A stretch of 64,000 bases of DNA from Candidatus Bathyarchaeota archaeon (GTDB taxonomy: Archaea; Thermoproteota; Bathyarchaeia; Bathyarchaeales; Bathycorpusculaceae), in NCBI GenBank assembly GCA_963717465.1, contig OY970340.1, positions 2,688,001-2,752,000 on the forward strand, given 5' to 3'. Below are positions 21,873 through 35,379 of the stretch, piece after piece. The first letter of the stretch is position 1, and the number at the start of each line of letters is the position of its first letter. Made by a program: the position numbers and the translations under genes. The notes beneath the pieces are model-generated. The model was not told the DNA's origin. It ran no database searches and saw nothing but the letters and a program-made list of their open reading frames with translations.

Positions 21873-22004
21873 ATGAAAGAGGATCAGCCTCGTTGTGAAA
21901 GATGCAAAAAATTTATTGACGAGTGCATTTGCGTTTGCCCATACTGTGGCGAAATTTCAGGATGCATCTGCTGTATAGGCATTGGCAAAGCAACAGGCGG
22001 ATGA
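21873..22004 (+). CDS. 43-aa cysteine-rich protein (9 Cys) ending in Gly-Gly
   Basis: MKEDQPRCERCKKFIDECICVCPYCGEISGCICCIGIGKATGG; GAGG upstream; 34 bp before the oxidoreductase gene. Confidence 0.7.
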   Translation: MKEDQPRCERCKKFIDECICVCPYCGEISGCICCIGIGKATGG

Positions 22005-22038
22005 AGGTATTCTAAGAAATTTTCTGATGTGAATTGTT

Positions 22039-24915
<2,877 letters not shown>

Positions 24916-24993
24916 AACCAAAAGAGAAAAAAGCCTTCACTGCTTTGAAAATAGCGCTATTTTTTTGCGACACTCAAACGAGTGAAGAAGCGT

Positions 24994-25284
24994 TTACTCA
25001 ACTGTTAATTTGCCAAATTTTCCAACGTTGAGTTGAATTTCACCTTTAAAAGACGTCACATACCCATTTTCAATTTTAATGTTATCATTCACGTTAACTT
25101 GATCAATCTGCTCATTCCAAAGCGTCAATTTGATGCTTCCTGTTTCATCTGCAACAACAGCATCAACTATCTTGTAGGTTTCATCTTTATATTTTGACCG
25201 AACTTCTCGAGGGCTGCCTTTTTCAACAACTTTTGCTTCAACACTAACCCGTTTCATGCCATCTTTAAGATCTTTAATTTCCAA
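24994..25284 (-). CDS. ssb: Single-OB-fold single-stranded DNA-binding protein
   Basis: IKDLKDGMKRV...VADETGSIKLTLWNEQI...NGYVTSFKGEIQLNVGKFG. Confidence 0.85.
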   Translation of the reverse strand: MEIKDLKDGMKRVSVEAKVVEKGSPREVRSKYKDETYKIVDAVVADETGSIKLTLWNEQIDQVNVNDNIKIENGYVTSFKGEIQLNVGKFGKLTVE

Positions 25285-25352
25285 TTTTATGTCTCCCTTC
25301 ACCGGGCTTTAACTTGTTAACGCCGGTTTTACTTCCAGAAAAGCCCTTTTAA

Positions 25353-26718
25353 TCATATAAATCTTACCTCAGCCTCAAAAAAAGCAAAAAGAAGGATTTC
25401 TTCAAATGACTTTATTTTTACAAAAAGTTCAGCAAAGTACAAGACCACAATCACTAATACGCTGACCACTGAAACAATTATGCATTTTGCCCAACTTAAC
25501 TCCTCAGCCGTTTGTGCTGACGTTGGGGTTTGCGGTGCTGGCTCATTGGTTTGTGCTGGTGTGCTGGGTGTTTGTGGCGTAGTCGGAGTTTCGGATGGTT
25601 GGTAAGGTAAAGTTGGTGCCCTTGAGGGAGCAGTTTTGCTGTTGGCTCGAACCACAAATGTGCCTACTAACGCAAGCCATGCCCAGAATACAATTTGAAC
25701 AACAGAGACGATTTCTGATACAACCGCAGTTTGGTTAGTTATTGATTGGCTGATTACAGATGCTAGGCCAGGAATGCCTGCTAAGATATTCGAGCGGATC
25801 GTAAAGGTTAGGCAAAAATGTGAAAGCCACGCCTGAAATTACGTACTGAATTACTGGAATGATCAGAGCAAACCCAACTGAAATGAATAAGGGCTTCCAA
25901 ACGGAATTAACCTTAAAAGCCCTTAGAAGGATGTACATTAAACCTGTCAATAAAACCCATTCGAATATGAATTGAAATGCACCTGAAAATGCTATTTCAG
26001 CAATAAAGGCCCAACCGTATATTTGAATATGAATTTAAATATACACCCCTAAAAAACAACCCATCAAAGATCACAGTAACATTGGCGCTTGTCGGCCAAA
26101 TGAATTCCATTTTCAAGCCTGTAATGTTATCCCAAGTTGGGGAACCATGGCTGCCCAACCTGTAGTATTAAGTGGAACAGTTAAGTTATACCAAACATTT
26201 GTCATGCCATTAGTGACATTCGCGAAAGTGCTTGTTAAATCGCGACTAAAGTTTGAGCTTCCTGAGAGCAGAGTTAATGTTACATTTTGGAGTGCGATGC
26301 TTGGAGTAACAATTTGAACATTTAATGATACATCTCCGAACCCTGCTGATGTGCAATTCACTGGGCCGATATCGCTAATCTGCATCCAAATATCGTTTGT
26401 ATTTGAGTTATTGAATTGGATGCTAGTTGCGCTGTAATAGGAGGTGGCATTTATGTAAACTGAGGTGTCATTTGCTATGGTCGTTCCTGAACTTGCATTC
26501 CAGTAATTTGAGTTTTCTGCCCAAATATTGCCTTGGTCACTAGTGGGCATTGTCTGTTCATAATAGTATCGTTGATAAAAAACATATTCAGCACCTGTTT
26601 GCGCTATAATAAAAATAATTAGTAAAATTAATGGACCTATGTAACTTGGTTTTTTAATTATCTCTCTGAACGCCTTATGTGGAGCATACAGTACCCTTGC
26701 AAAGTCTTCGATAATCAT
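25353..26718 (-). CDS. Yip1-family-like membrane protein with extracellular domain (several frameshifts)
   Basis: VLYAPHKAFREII..PSYIGP start, N-glycosylation-rich loop, TM segments across three ORF pieces, Pro/Thr-rich insert near C-terminus. Confidence 0.6.
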
Positions 26719-26801
26719 AAGTCAACTCTCAGCAGAATTAACCCTGATAGAATTAACTCCTTCTAGTTGATTCATCGCAACGATATTTATATAGTGTACG
26801 C

Positions 26802-28312
26802 TTACATGCCGAGCTTCATTCGACGGTAAGTCGTATAATCCACATACTGCACAAACGGGTTCTCGTTCTGAGATTTAACAGTAATTTTCTGGCGGTTACG
26901 CTTCTCTAAAAGTTGACTCGTAGTTCTAAGTAAATAAGCGTCGCTTCCTGCTCCTGAACCGTAACTTGCGACTAAAATGAGCTCTTCAGGCTTTGCAATA
27001 TCTAACACTGCAGCTAAACCAACAGGTGAACAACCTGAGTAAGTGTTACCGAACTTGGAGATTTGAAGCGAAGGCAAATACTGCTCATCTTTGAAACCTA
27101 ATTCTTTAGCGATTCGAACTGGAAACTGCGGGTTAGGTTGATGAGCAACAAAATAATTTAAGTCGCCTGCTTTTAAGACAGGAACGCTCCATAAGTTTAG
27201 TAGCAGCACTTCTTACATGTTTAAAATAGGCAGGATCGCCTGTAAATCTTCCTCCATGCATAGGGTACGGTTCGCCATCTCTGCGCCAGAAATCTGGAGT
27301 ATCTGATGTGCATGAGTACCAGCCATCAATTTCTGCGATAACATCCTGTTTTCCAAACAGGAAAGCTGCTCCGCCGTAACCTACAAACGCATCTAGCTCT
27401 CCTCCTGGACAACCTAAAGGTGCAGCTTGAGAATTATCTGCGCCTATGACTAACGCGTTTTTGATTCCAGATTTAGGATAGTTAACTAGTGCTACAGCGT
27501 CTTTAAACATGCTGGAAGCAGCTTTGCAGGCAAACTCTGTATCTACAGCGTCAACTCCCTGCATGTCGCCGTCTTCTTCACCGAGTTTTAGCACCTGAGC
27601 AACTTTTGAGGCAATCGGTTTCACTGCGTATGGGTTTGATTCTGAACCGACATAAATTTTTCCGACTGATTGACTGTCGATGCCTGCGTGAATTAAAGCT
27701 AATTTTCCAGCTTCAACTGCGGCTGTTACTGCATCCTCATCTACGAATGGAACTGATCGTTCAATTCCTCCAGCTTTTATCCTAAAACGGGAAGTATAAA
27801 CCCCATAGCCAACGACACCTGGAGTTTCGTACTCTTTGCTGGGTTGAATTACATTGTATTCTTGATGAGGGTAGTATTCGTCAGCTAATGTGAAAGATAA
27901 TGAGATTGTCGGAATCACATCGCTTGCGCCAACTGAGTACCGTCGTCTGAACCTTGGGATAACTTCTCTGCCTTCAAAACTAGATGGATCTAAATTAGTC
28001 TCACTTGAGATTAATTGGTCAGTTAGTCTAGCTGGGTACGCGGATTTTTCCGTTATGGAAAGAAACAATTCCATAAATGTAGGATCCAAGTTTAATGAAT
28101 TTATTCGTTGGTTCGTTTACTACTGTACAAAGTTCAAGCTTGCCTTTCTCATAGAACAGGTCTACATTTTCCATTTTTCCAATGCTTTTTCTTCCGCAGT
28201 TGCCGCAATAGTCTCTTACTTCAAAATACTCTTTTCCACAAGTCTTGCAGCGAGTTGACTTTAGCCTGTCACCTAAATAAGAAACTCTGCGTTCTATTGG
28301 TTCGCTGCTCAT
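26802..28312 (-). CDS. DUF35 (Zn-ribbon + OB-fold) fused to HMG-CoA synthase (frameshifts near 28030 and 27180)
   Basis: CKTCG..YCGNCG Zn ribbon, OB strands RLTD...PRFRR, then without a stop DEDAVT, GSESNPYAVKP, EFACKA, DTPDFWRR, GGRFTGDPAYFKH, HQPN, GNTYSG, SYGSGAGSD. Confidence 0.88.
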
Positions 28313-29539
28313 TTTTGTTCTCTCCCTAAAATGCTGACGTAGGCTTTTGTGCCAAATCCTTCAAACTCTAAGGCACAGCCGACTTTAGGCGGTGAATTTG
28401 CATCAACATTAATTTGTCTTTCGCCAGCTTCTCCTCTTAACTGCCTGTAGATTTCGAAAATTTCTGCGCCGCCGGTTGCACCAAGCGGGTTCCCGTCAGC
28501 TTTTAAGCCGCCATTTGTGTTTACATAAAACAGTTTATCGTTTACTTCGTAGTACGATTTACCGTTTTTTCCGCTTTCATAAACATATCGCCAAGCAGTT
28601 CCAGCTTCACACAACCCTAAATCCTCCAGCGAAACTAACTCGGTAACTGTTGATTGATCGCAAATCTCAAACAATGGAATTTCCGCTGGATTTATTTGAG
28701 CCAATTGCTGAGCTTTTTTCATAGCAAGTTTCGTTGCAACGAAATGTGTTAAATCGTTTCGGGCAGGAAAACTAAGGTAATCAGTAGACGAAGCTACATC
28801 CTAAAACGTAAACAGGGTTATCACAGAGCTTCTTAGCCATAGGTTCGCTTGTAACGATTAAGGCTGATGCACCATCAGAAATCGGGGCGAAATCAAACAA
28901 GCCTAGCTGTCTGTGCGCCTCCTTTCGAGCGTTTAAGACTTGCTCAAGAGCAATTTTTCTTTGAAATTGCGCGTAACTATTTTTGGTTGCGTTCGCGTGA
29001 TTTTTGACTGAAATCATCGCTAAAGAAGTACCAAGTTTTTCAAGGTTTTCGCCTGTTAACCCGTACTTTTTAATGTAAGCGCGAAGCATAATTTCATGAT
29101 TTGACTCTGGAGTACCTCCAGCATAATAGCTCCATGGATCATCAAGAATCATGAGGTCATCGCGAATTTTATCCCAACGATCAGTCATTTTTTCCAGTCC
29201 ACCAACAAGTACTGTACTGTATATACCAGCCTGTATAGCATAGCATGCGGCTAGTAATGCAGCACTGACTGATCGAGTTTCTTCCATTGGAACATGGAGC
29301 CCTGTCAATTCTGAGAGGAATCCTTCAGCTAGACCAAATTTATTTGTGATTGGAAGAAAACAATCCGAAATGTAGCATGCTTCCAAGTTTTTCCGTTCTA
29401 TATTACACTCTTTTGAAGCTGCAAGCCATGCTTCTTCGATTAATTTTTCAGGTTCTTTACCGTAATGTTCACCGAACTTCGTCCGGCCAACAGCAATTAT
29501 AGCTGGGCGATTCTGTATGACTAATCCCCCTACTCCCAA
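28309..29539 (-). CDS. Thiolase-fold protein with degenerate active site (frameshift near 28790)
   Basis: AVGRTKFGE, GGLEKMTD, VKNHANA, APISDGASA, NTNGGLKA; catalytic motifs replaced. Confidence 0.85.
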
Positions 29540-29641
29540 TAACCTTTATCCTCTTATCTATGAACTATTAAGTGTTTGCCATAATCCTCTTCTCAGTAAA
29601 CGCCCTTCCAATGTTCAGAATGGGCAAAAGCGAGTTAACCG

Positions 29642-31038
29642 TTAACCGTGATAATTTATCTCGTTTGTTGTCAACTGTTTTTTAAGCGTTTTAATCAGGT
29701 TTTGCAAGTTTTTGCTTAACACAACCGGATAAACGGAAGCGTTTTTTAGTAACTTACATTTTTCTGGAAGCTTGGAAAGCCCCCCCGAAGCTGTGGCACG
29801 TATTTTTTCAATTTGAGGCAAATCATAAGTCAGCTTACCCTTCTCCATAACCTTAACAAGCAAGGGGTTTCCATTCATTTTCTCATCGTCCAAAGCAATT
29901 ACATCTTTCTCAAAGTTGCTTTCTTCATCTTTGAATCGGTAAACTTGTTTTCGACCAGGCAGAGTGATCTTGTCTTTACTAAGTTTCATTATTGGCGAAA
30001 AACTGCCTTCAGGATTCATCGTTTCGCAGAGTTTGTAGATAACATCAAGATATGGTCTGTCAGCTGATGTACCCATCTTTGTGCCCACACCAAACGAGTC
30101 AATTTTTGCGCCGTTGTCGAGCAATTCTTCTATTTTGAATTCATCAAGGTCGCCGCTGGCGAAAATTTTAGCGAATTCTAATCCCTGCTTATCAAGTATT
30201 TTCCTGACTTTCTTGCTTGTTTCCGCCAAATCGCCGCTATCCAGCCTGACGCCGCCAAGCTTGAAACCCTTAGCCGCCAATTCCTTAGCTACCATAGTAG
30301 CTTTTTCTGCTCCAGCAATGTCATCGTAAGTGTCAATGAGAAGGATAGACTTGTTTGGAAAAGTTTTTGCAAAAGCTCGGAAAGCATCAATTTCTTTTGG
30401 ATAAGACATCACGAATGAGTGTGCCATGGTTCCGAAAACTGGAATTCCATAAACTTGTCCTGCAAGAACATTCGATGTGCCGTTGCAACCGGCAATATAA
30501 CTGGCTCGTCGCAACTTTCATTCCAGCATCGATACCATGCTCTCTTCTTAAACCGAATTCAATTACAGATTTTCCTTTAGCAGCTTGCACGACACGGGAG
30601 GCTTTTGTAGCAATGAGGGTTTGTAAGTTTACCGTGTTCAAGAGGAAAGTCTCAACAAGTTGCGCTTCAATTATCGGCGCGGTCACACGGATTAATGGTT
30701 CATTTGGGAACATCACTGTGCCTTCGGGAACTGCCCAAACATCTCCAGTAAACTTGAAATCGCGCAGATAATCGAGGAATTGCTGGTTAAAACCTTGACT
30801 TTTAAGATAATCCAAATGAGCCTGAGTGAATTTGATGCTTTGCAAGTATTGCAAAGCTTGCTCTAACCCAGCGAATAAAAAGTAAGAACGATTTTCGGGC
30901 AACCGCCTGATGAACAAGTCAAACGTGGCAGGCTCAAAACTTCTGGTTGTCAAAGTAGCTAGCGCACATGGTTAATTCGTAAAAATCTGTGAATAAACTC
31001 ATGTTTTCCTCTTTTGAGAAATTAAGAAAAGAGTTCAT
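29642..31038 (-). CDS. pncB: Nicotinate phosphoribosyltransferase (frameshifts near 30940 and 30515)
   Basis: FTDFYELTM, FPNEP, EFGLRR, GTMAHS, LIDTYD, VRLDSGD, ASGDLDE, FGVGT. Confidence 0.92.
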
Positions 31039-31268
31039 GGGATAATAGTTAAAACTAGAGAATTTAATTCTTTTCTTAACTCCTTGTAGAATTTTTTACA
31101 TTCGCAAATAAATCCAGAAGCTCGGCGTTTCCATGAGAAGAGTTATAATTTTGTAAAATGCTTTGCAGGAGTGCCATGTTTCTTTTGCGAAAGATATATG
31201 ACTCTACAATGCAGTTTCTTTAAGCTGGTGCTAAAAAAACGGCTTCACCCAATGCTAATGGAAACGAG

Positions 31269-32378
31269 ATGGTTGTTACTCCTTGGGAAGTTAAGGGTAA
31301 AGTAGACTATGACCGATTAATACGAGAATTTGGCACGCAACCAATCACAAATGAACTGCTCAAGAAAGTAACGGATTACACCGATAAACTTCACTTGCAA
31401 CTGCAGAGACGTATTTTCTTTAGTCACCGTGATCTCGACACCGTGCTTGACTTGTATGATAAAGGTGTAAAGTTTGTGTTGTATACTGGGAGGGGACCGT
31501 CTGGACCAGTTCACATTGGACATCTTGTACCATGGATTTTTACGCTGCATATTCAACAGAAATTTAACACAAGACTCTACTTCCAGTTAACAGACGATGA
31601 AAAATTCCTCATCGACGACGATGCTAACCTGAAGGAGACAAGCAAGTTCGCAAAAGAGAACGCACTAGACTTAATAGCATTAGGTTTTAAGCCCGAAAAC
31701 ACTTTTCTAATTTACGATGTCGAAGACATCGATTACCTTTATGACATTTCTTTAGAAATCGCTAAAAGAATTACCTATTCAACTGCACGCAGCACCTTCG
31801 GGTTTCAAGACAGCACCAACATAGGCTGGGTCTTCTGGCCTGCACTACAAGCAGCACCATGTTTCATCCACAAAAAATTAACTGGAGAAAACGTACCAGC
31901 GTTAATCCCAGCAGCAATTGATCAAGACCCATACTGGCGAGTAACAAGGGACATAGCTCAAAAACTCGGCTACTACAAGCCTGCTCAAATCCACTGCCGG
32001 TTTCTGCCTGGACTTGCAGCAGGAGGAAAAATGAGTGCGTCACAGCCTGAAACAAGCATATTTACAATGGATACTCCGGAAACAGTAAAGAAGAAGATTT
32101 GGAATGCTTTCACGGGTGGAAAAGGCACAGCAGCAGAACAGCGCAAAACGGGAGCAGACCCCGCGATCTGCAGCATATATCAGTACTACTTTTTCCTGTT
32201 TGAGGAAGACGATGAAAAACTTGCTGAGCGCGAAAGAAAATGTCGGGCAGGCGAAACGCTTTGCGGCGAATGCAAAAAGGACATAGCAGATAAACTAAAC
32301 AAGTTCCTTGAAGCCCATAGGGAACGAAGAGAAAAAGCCAAAGACACAATAGACCAATACCGCCTTAAACGCAGGTGA
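31269..32378 (+). CDS. trpS: Tryptophanyl-tRNA synthetase, archaeal/eukaryotic type
   Basis: VTPWEV, YTGRGPS, HIGH, AIDQDPY, KMSAS. Confidence 0.97.
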   Translation: MVVTPWEVKGKVDYDRLIREFGTQPITNELLKKVTDYTDKLHLQLQRRIFFSHRDLDTVLDLYDKGVKFVLYTGRGPSGPVHIGHLVPWIFTLHIQQKFNTRLYFQLTDDEKFLIDDDANLKETSKFAKENALDLIALGFKPENTFLIYDVEDIDYLYDISLEIAKRITYSTARSTFGFQDSTNIGWVFWPALQAAPCFIHKKLTGENVPALIPAAIDQDPYWRVTRDIAQKLGYYKPAQIHCRFLPGLAAGGKMSASQPETSIFTMDTPETVKKKIWNAFTGGKGTAAEQRKTGADPAICSIYQYYFFLFEEDDEKLAERERKCRAGETLCGECKKDIADKLNKFLEAHRERREKAKDTIDQYRLKRR

Positions 32379-32464
32379 GAGTAGCGTCTTAGCTGATCTG
32401 AAATTAAATCTTAATTAACTCTGTTGCACTTCTATTTATTTGAGGTATTTCTACGGGAACAATT

Positions 32465-33289
32465 ATGAACCCAAAGAAAGACTTCCCAAGTGTTCTTGAC
32501 AGTGCTTATGAGCAGTACCAGCGTGAATTAGAGCTTTGCAAACTTGTTGAGGAGATTATGAGCAGAGAAGTTGTTACCGTAAATCCTGAATTAACCATGG
32601 ATGAAGCTGCTGGAATGATGGGTGAAAAACACATCGGAAGCCTAATCGTAACCAAGTACGAAACGCCAGTTGGAATAGTAACTGAAAGGGATCTTTTAAG
32701 CAAAGTTTTAGCAGAAGGCAAAGACTTACAAAAAACGACTGTTGAGTCAGTCATGTCCTACCCGCTTGTCGCTATATGCCCCAATGCAAGAATAAAAGAA
32801 GCTGCACAAATGATGATAAAAAAGAAGGGACGCCTAGCAGTATTTGATTGCGGAAATCTTGTGGGCGTAATAACAGCTTCAGACCTTATCAAGAGTTTAC
32901 CTGATGTAGAGGAAACAGCTGTTAGAGTAGATGATTTTATGACAAAGCAGGTTCTAACAGTTGACGAGCAAACATCTGTCAGTGCAGTGGCTAAAATTAT
33001 GGGTGAAAAACGGGTTGGAAGCCTAATTGTAACCAGCAAAGGGAAGCCGAACAGCATTTTTACTGAAAGAGACTTGTTAACAACGTTCCTACAAAAAGCA
33101 AAACCCATGGAAACAAACGTTGGGTCCCAATCTTCATCGCCGCTTATAACTGCTCCTTCGGAAACAAGCATTCATAAAGCCGCTGCCTTAATGGCAATTA
33201 AACATATCAGGCGATTGCCCATCACAAAAACTGGCAAACTTGCAGGCATTATCACTGCCCGTGACCTAGTTGAAGCATACGCAAAATAA
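32465..33289 (+). CDS. CBS-domain protein (two CBS pairs)
   Basis: Repeated GIVTERD, GVITASD, IFTERD, GIITARD motifs. Confidence 0.9.
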   Translation: MNPKKDFPSVLDSAYEQYQRELELCKLVEEIMSREVVTVNPELTMDEAAGMMGEKHIGSLIVTKYETPVGIVTERDLLSKVLAEGKDLQKTTVESVMSYPLVAICPNARIKEAAQMMIKKKGRLAVFDCGNLVGVITASDLIKSLPDVEETAVRVDDFMTKQVLTVDEQTSVSAVAKIMGEKRVGSLIVTSKGKPNSIFTERDLLTTFLQKAKPMETNVGSQSSSPLITAPSETSIHKAAALMAIKHIRRLPITKTGKLAGIITARDLVEAYAK

Positions 33290-33425
33290 ACAAGATACTT
33301 TCAGATTGTTCGAGGCTATCGATTGAGAGCTGCATTAGCGAAGCTTTTGATTCTTTAAATCGCGCTTTGAGTGTGCATCAATTTACGTCGTAGTCAATCT
33401 GAAGAGAAATAAAAAGTATTTAACG

Positions 33426-33548
33426 TTAAGTCATGTGACACTTATGCTTAACCAGTCTATGCACACGTAACTCTTCTGGAGTGTTGAAACGGGCAGAACA
33501 TATTCGACATGTAAAGTAGTCGCCAGTAAATTCTTTATAAATCAACAT
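33426..33548 (-). CDS. 40-aa single C2H2 zinc-finger microprotein
   Basis: MLIYKEFTGDYFTCRICSARFNTPEELRVHRLVKHKCHMT fits F-x-C-x2-C-x3-F-x5-L-x2-H-x4-H. Confidence 0.75.
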   Translation of the reverse strand: MLIYKEFTGDYFTCRICSARFNTPEELRVHRLVKHKCHMT

Positions 33549-33759
33549 ACCTATCTCATCTTCTCCGTAAATCGTATAGAACGGTATCCGTGTTAATAAA
33601 TGGATAATTCCGATTTGAAATATGTCAGCCTACGAAAACAGTCGATGATTTGAACTAGTTGAAGCTGCTACTACGCTTTTGCAAAAGCAATCGTTCAGAG
33701 CCATAGATAGAGAAAAATAAAAAAGCAACCCTTCAAGTCACTTGTACTCTGGTGATTTA

Positions 33760-34311
33760 ATGTCCTCAAAACCCCAAGTTAACTTATCCCAAGCATACAG
33801 ACTGCTTCATCCAATGCACACAGTTCTTGTTTCGTGCATGGGGAAAAGTGGGAAACCAAACATTATGACAGTTGCATGGGCAATGCCAACATCAATCGAT
33901 CCACCGCTGGTAGCCATCAGCATTTCTCCTAAACGTTACTCGCACACGTTAATTCAGGAATCAATGGAGTTCATAATTAACATTCCAACTCTTGAACTGC
34001 TGCAAGGCACATATGCTTGCGGCTCTCTAACTGGCAGAAGCTTTGACAAATTCAAAAAAGCAGGTTTAACCCCAATGCCAGCAAAAAGAGTCAAGGCACC
34101 CGCAATTCGAGAATGCATCGCACATTTAGAATGCGCTGTTAGCGACCAATTTACTACGGGCGATCACACAGTTTTCGTAGGCAAGATAATTGAAGCTTAT
34201 GCTGACCAAGGAGTATTCGCGGAAAATTACGATATGAAAAAGGTACGAATGATCTACCATGTTGGCGGAAACAACTTCGCGATTCTTGACCCAAGAATTT
34301 ACAAGCCATAA
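33760..34311 (+). CDS. Flavin reductase (flavoredoxin) family protein
   Basis: PNIMTVAW, PPLVAISI, EFIINIP, ECIAHLEC, GDHTVFVG. Confidence 0.92.
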   Translation: MSSKPQVNLSQAYRLLHPMHTVLVSCMGKSGKPNIMTVAWAMPTSIDPPLVAISISPKRYSHTLIQESMEFIINIPTLELLQGTYACGSLTGRSFDKFKKAGLTPMPAKRVKAPAIRECIAHLECAVSDQFTTGDHTVFVGKIIEAYADQGVFAENYDMKKVRMIYHVGGNNFAILDPRIYKP

Positions 34312-34473
34312 CGATTTTAAATAATTTTAGAGACGCCCATTTTTTATTTGCAGGTCAACAATTTAGTAAGAGGAAGGAACATGATTATTTTTTTCTAAAA
34401 AACTCAAGTGAAAGATTATTATTTAAGTACCTAACGCATTATCAAAATTAGAACTGGTCGATGTGAAACATCT

Positions 34474-35379
34474 ATGCTTTATGATAAGGAAGAACTGGAA
34501 AAATTTCGTTTATCAGGAAGAATACTTCGCGAGACTCGCGAAGAAGTAAAGCTTTTTGTTAAGGAAAATATGCCTATAATCGACGTTTGCGAAAAAGTGG
34601 AAGGGTTAATCCGTACTAAAGGTGGAAAGCCTGCTTTCCCTTGCAATGTGTCAATTAATGAGATTGCTGCACATTATACTTCACCACCAAATGATAAGTC
34701 AACTATTCCTGAAAACAGTGTCGTTAAAGTTGACCTCGGCGTGCAAGTTGACGGCTACGTTACTGATACAGCATTCACAGCCTGCTTTAATCCTGAATGC
34801 AAAACAATGGCAAGCACGGCTGAATATGCGTTAAAAGTAGCCCTTTCAAACATTCGTTCGGATATGATGATTGGTAGAATCGGCGGTGTGATTGAAAACG
34901 CTATTAAGAACCGTGGTTTCAAGCCGATCTCGAACTTGACTGGCCACTCTGTTGGAAGATACTTGATTCACGCGGGGATATCAATTCCTAATGTTTCTCA
35001 ACCACTTACAATTACAAAAATTAGAACAGGAGAGATTTATGCTTTGGAGCCATTCGTTACCCAACTTGACGCGATTGGTCGAGTCGATGAAGGTTCACAA
35101 GCAACTATTTTTAGGTTCGTAAAAGCTCGTTCATTGAAGAATCAGTACGCTCAAAAACTCCTAAAGCACATTGAAGTTAATTTTCGAACATTGCCTTTTG
35201 CTGAACGTTGGTTAATAGGTGTAGTTCCAGAAGAGCAGCATCGTGCGGCATTCAAAGAATTGCTTACTTCAAAAGCAGTAGCTTCTTACCAGGTTTTCGT
35301 TGAGGTAAGCAAGAAACCTGTTGCCCAAGCTGAACACACAGTAATTGTAAAAGAAGATGGATGCGAAATTTTAACTTAA
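34474..35379 (+). CDS. map: Methionine aminopeptidase type II
   Basis: AFPCNVSINEIAAHY, KVDLGVQVDGYVTDTA, NLTGH, LEPF, QAEHT. Confidence 0.96.
   Translation: MLYDKEELEKFRLSGRILRETREEVKLFVKENMPIIDVCEKVEGLIRTKGGKPAFPCNVSINEIAAHYTSPPNDKSTIPENSVVKVDLGVQVDGYVTDTAFTACFNPECKTMASTAEYALKVALSNIRSDMMIGRIGGVIENAIKNRGFKPISNLTGHSVGRYLIHAGISIPNVSQPLTITKIRTGEIYALEPFVTQLDAIGRVDEGSQATIFRFVKARSLKNQYAQKLLKHIEVNFRTLPFAERWLIGVVPEEQHRAAFKELLTSKAVASYQVFVEVSKKPVAQAEHTVIVKEDGCEILT

Noticed and set aside
29575..29640. Possible C/D sRNA between pncB and thiolase
   Set aside because: Two CUGA on the minus strand but no convincing box C or target.
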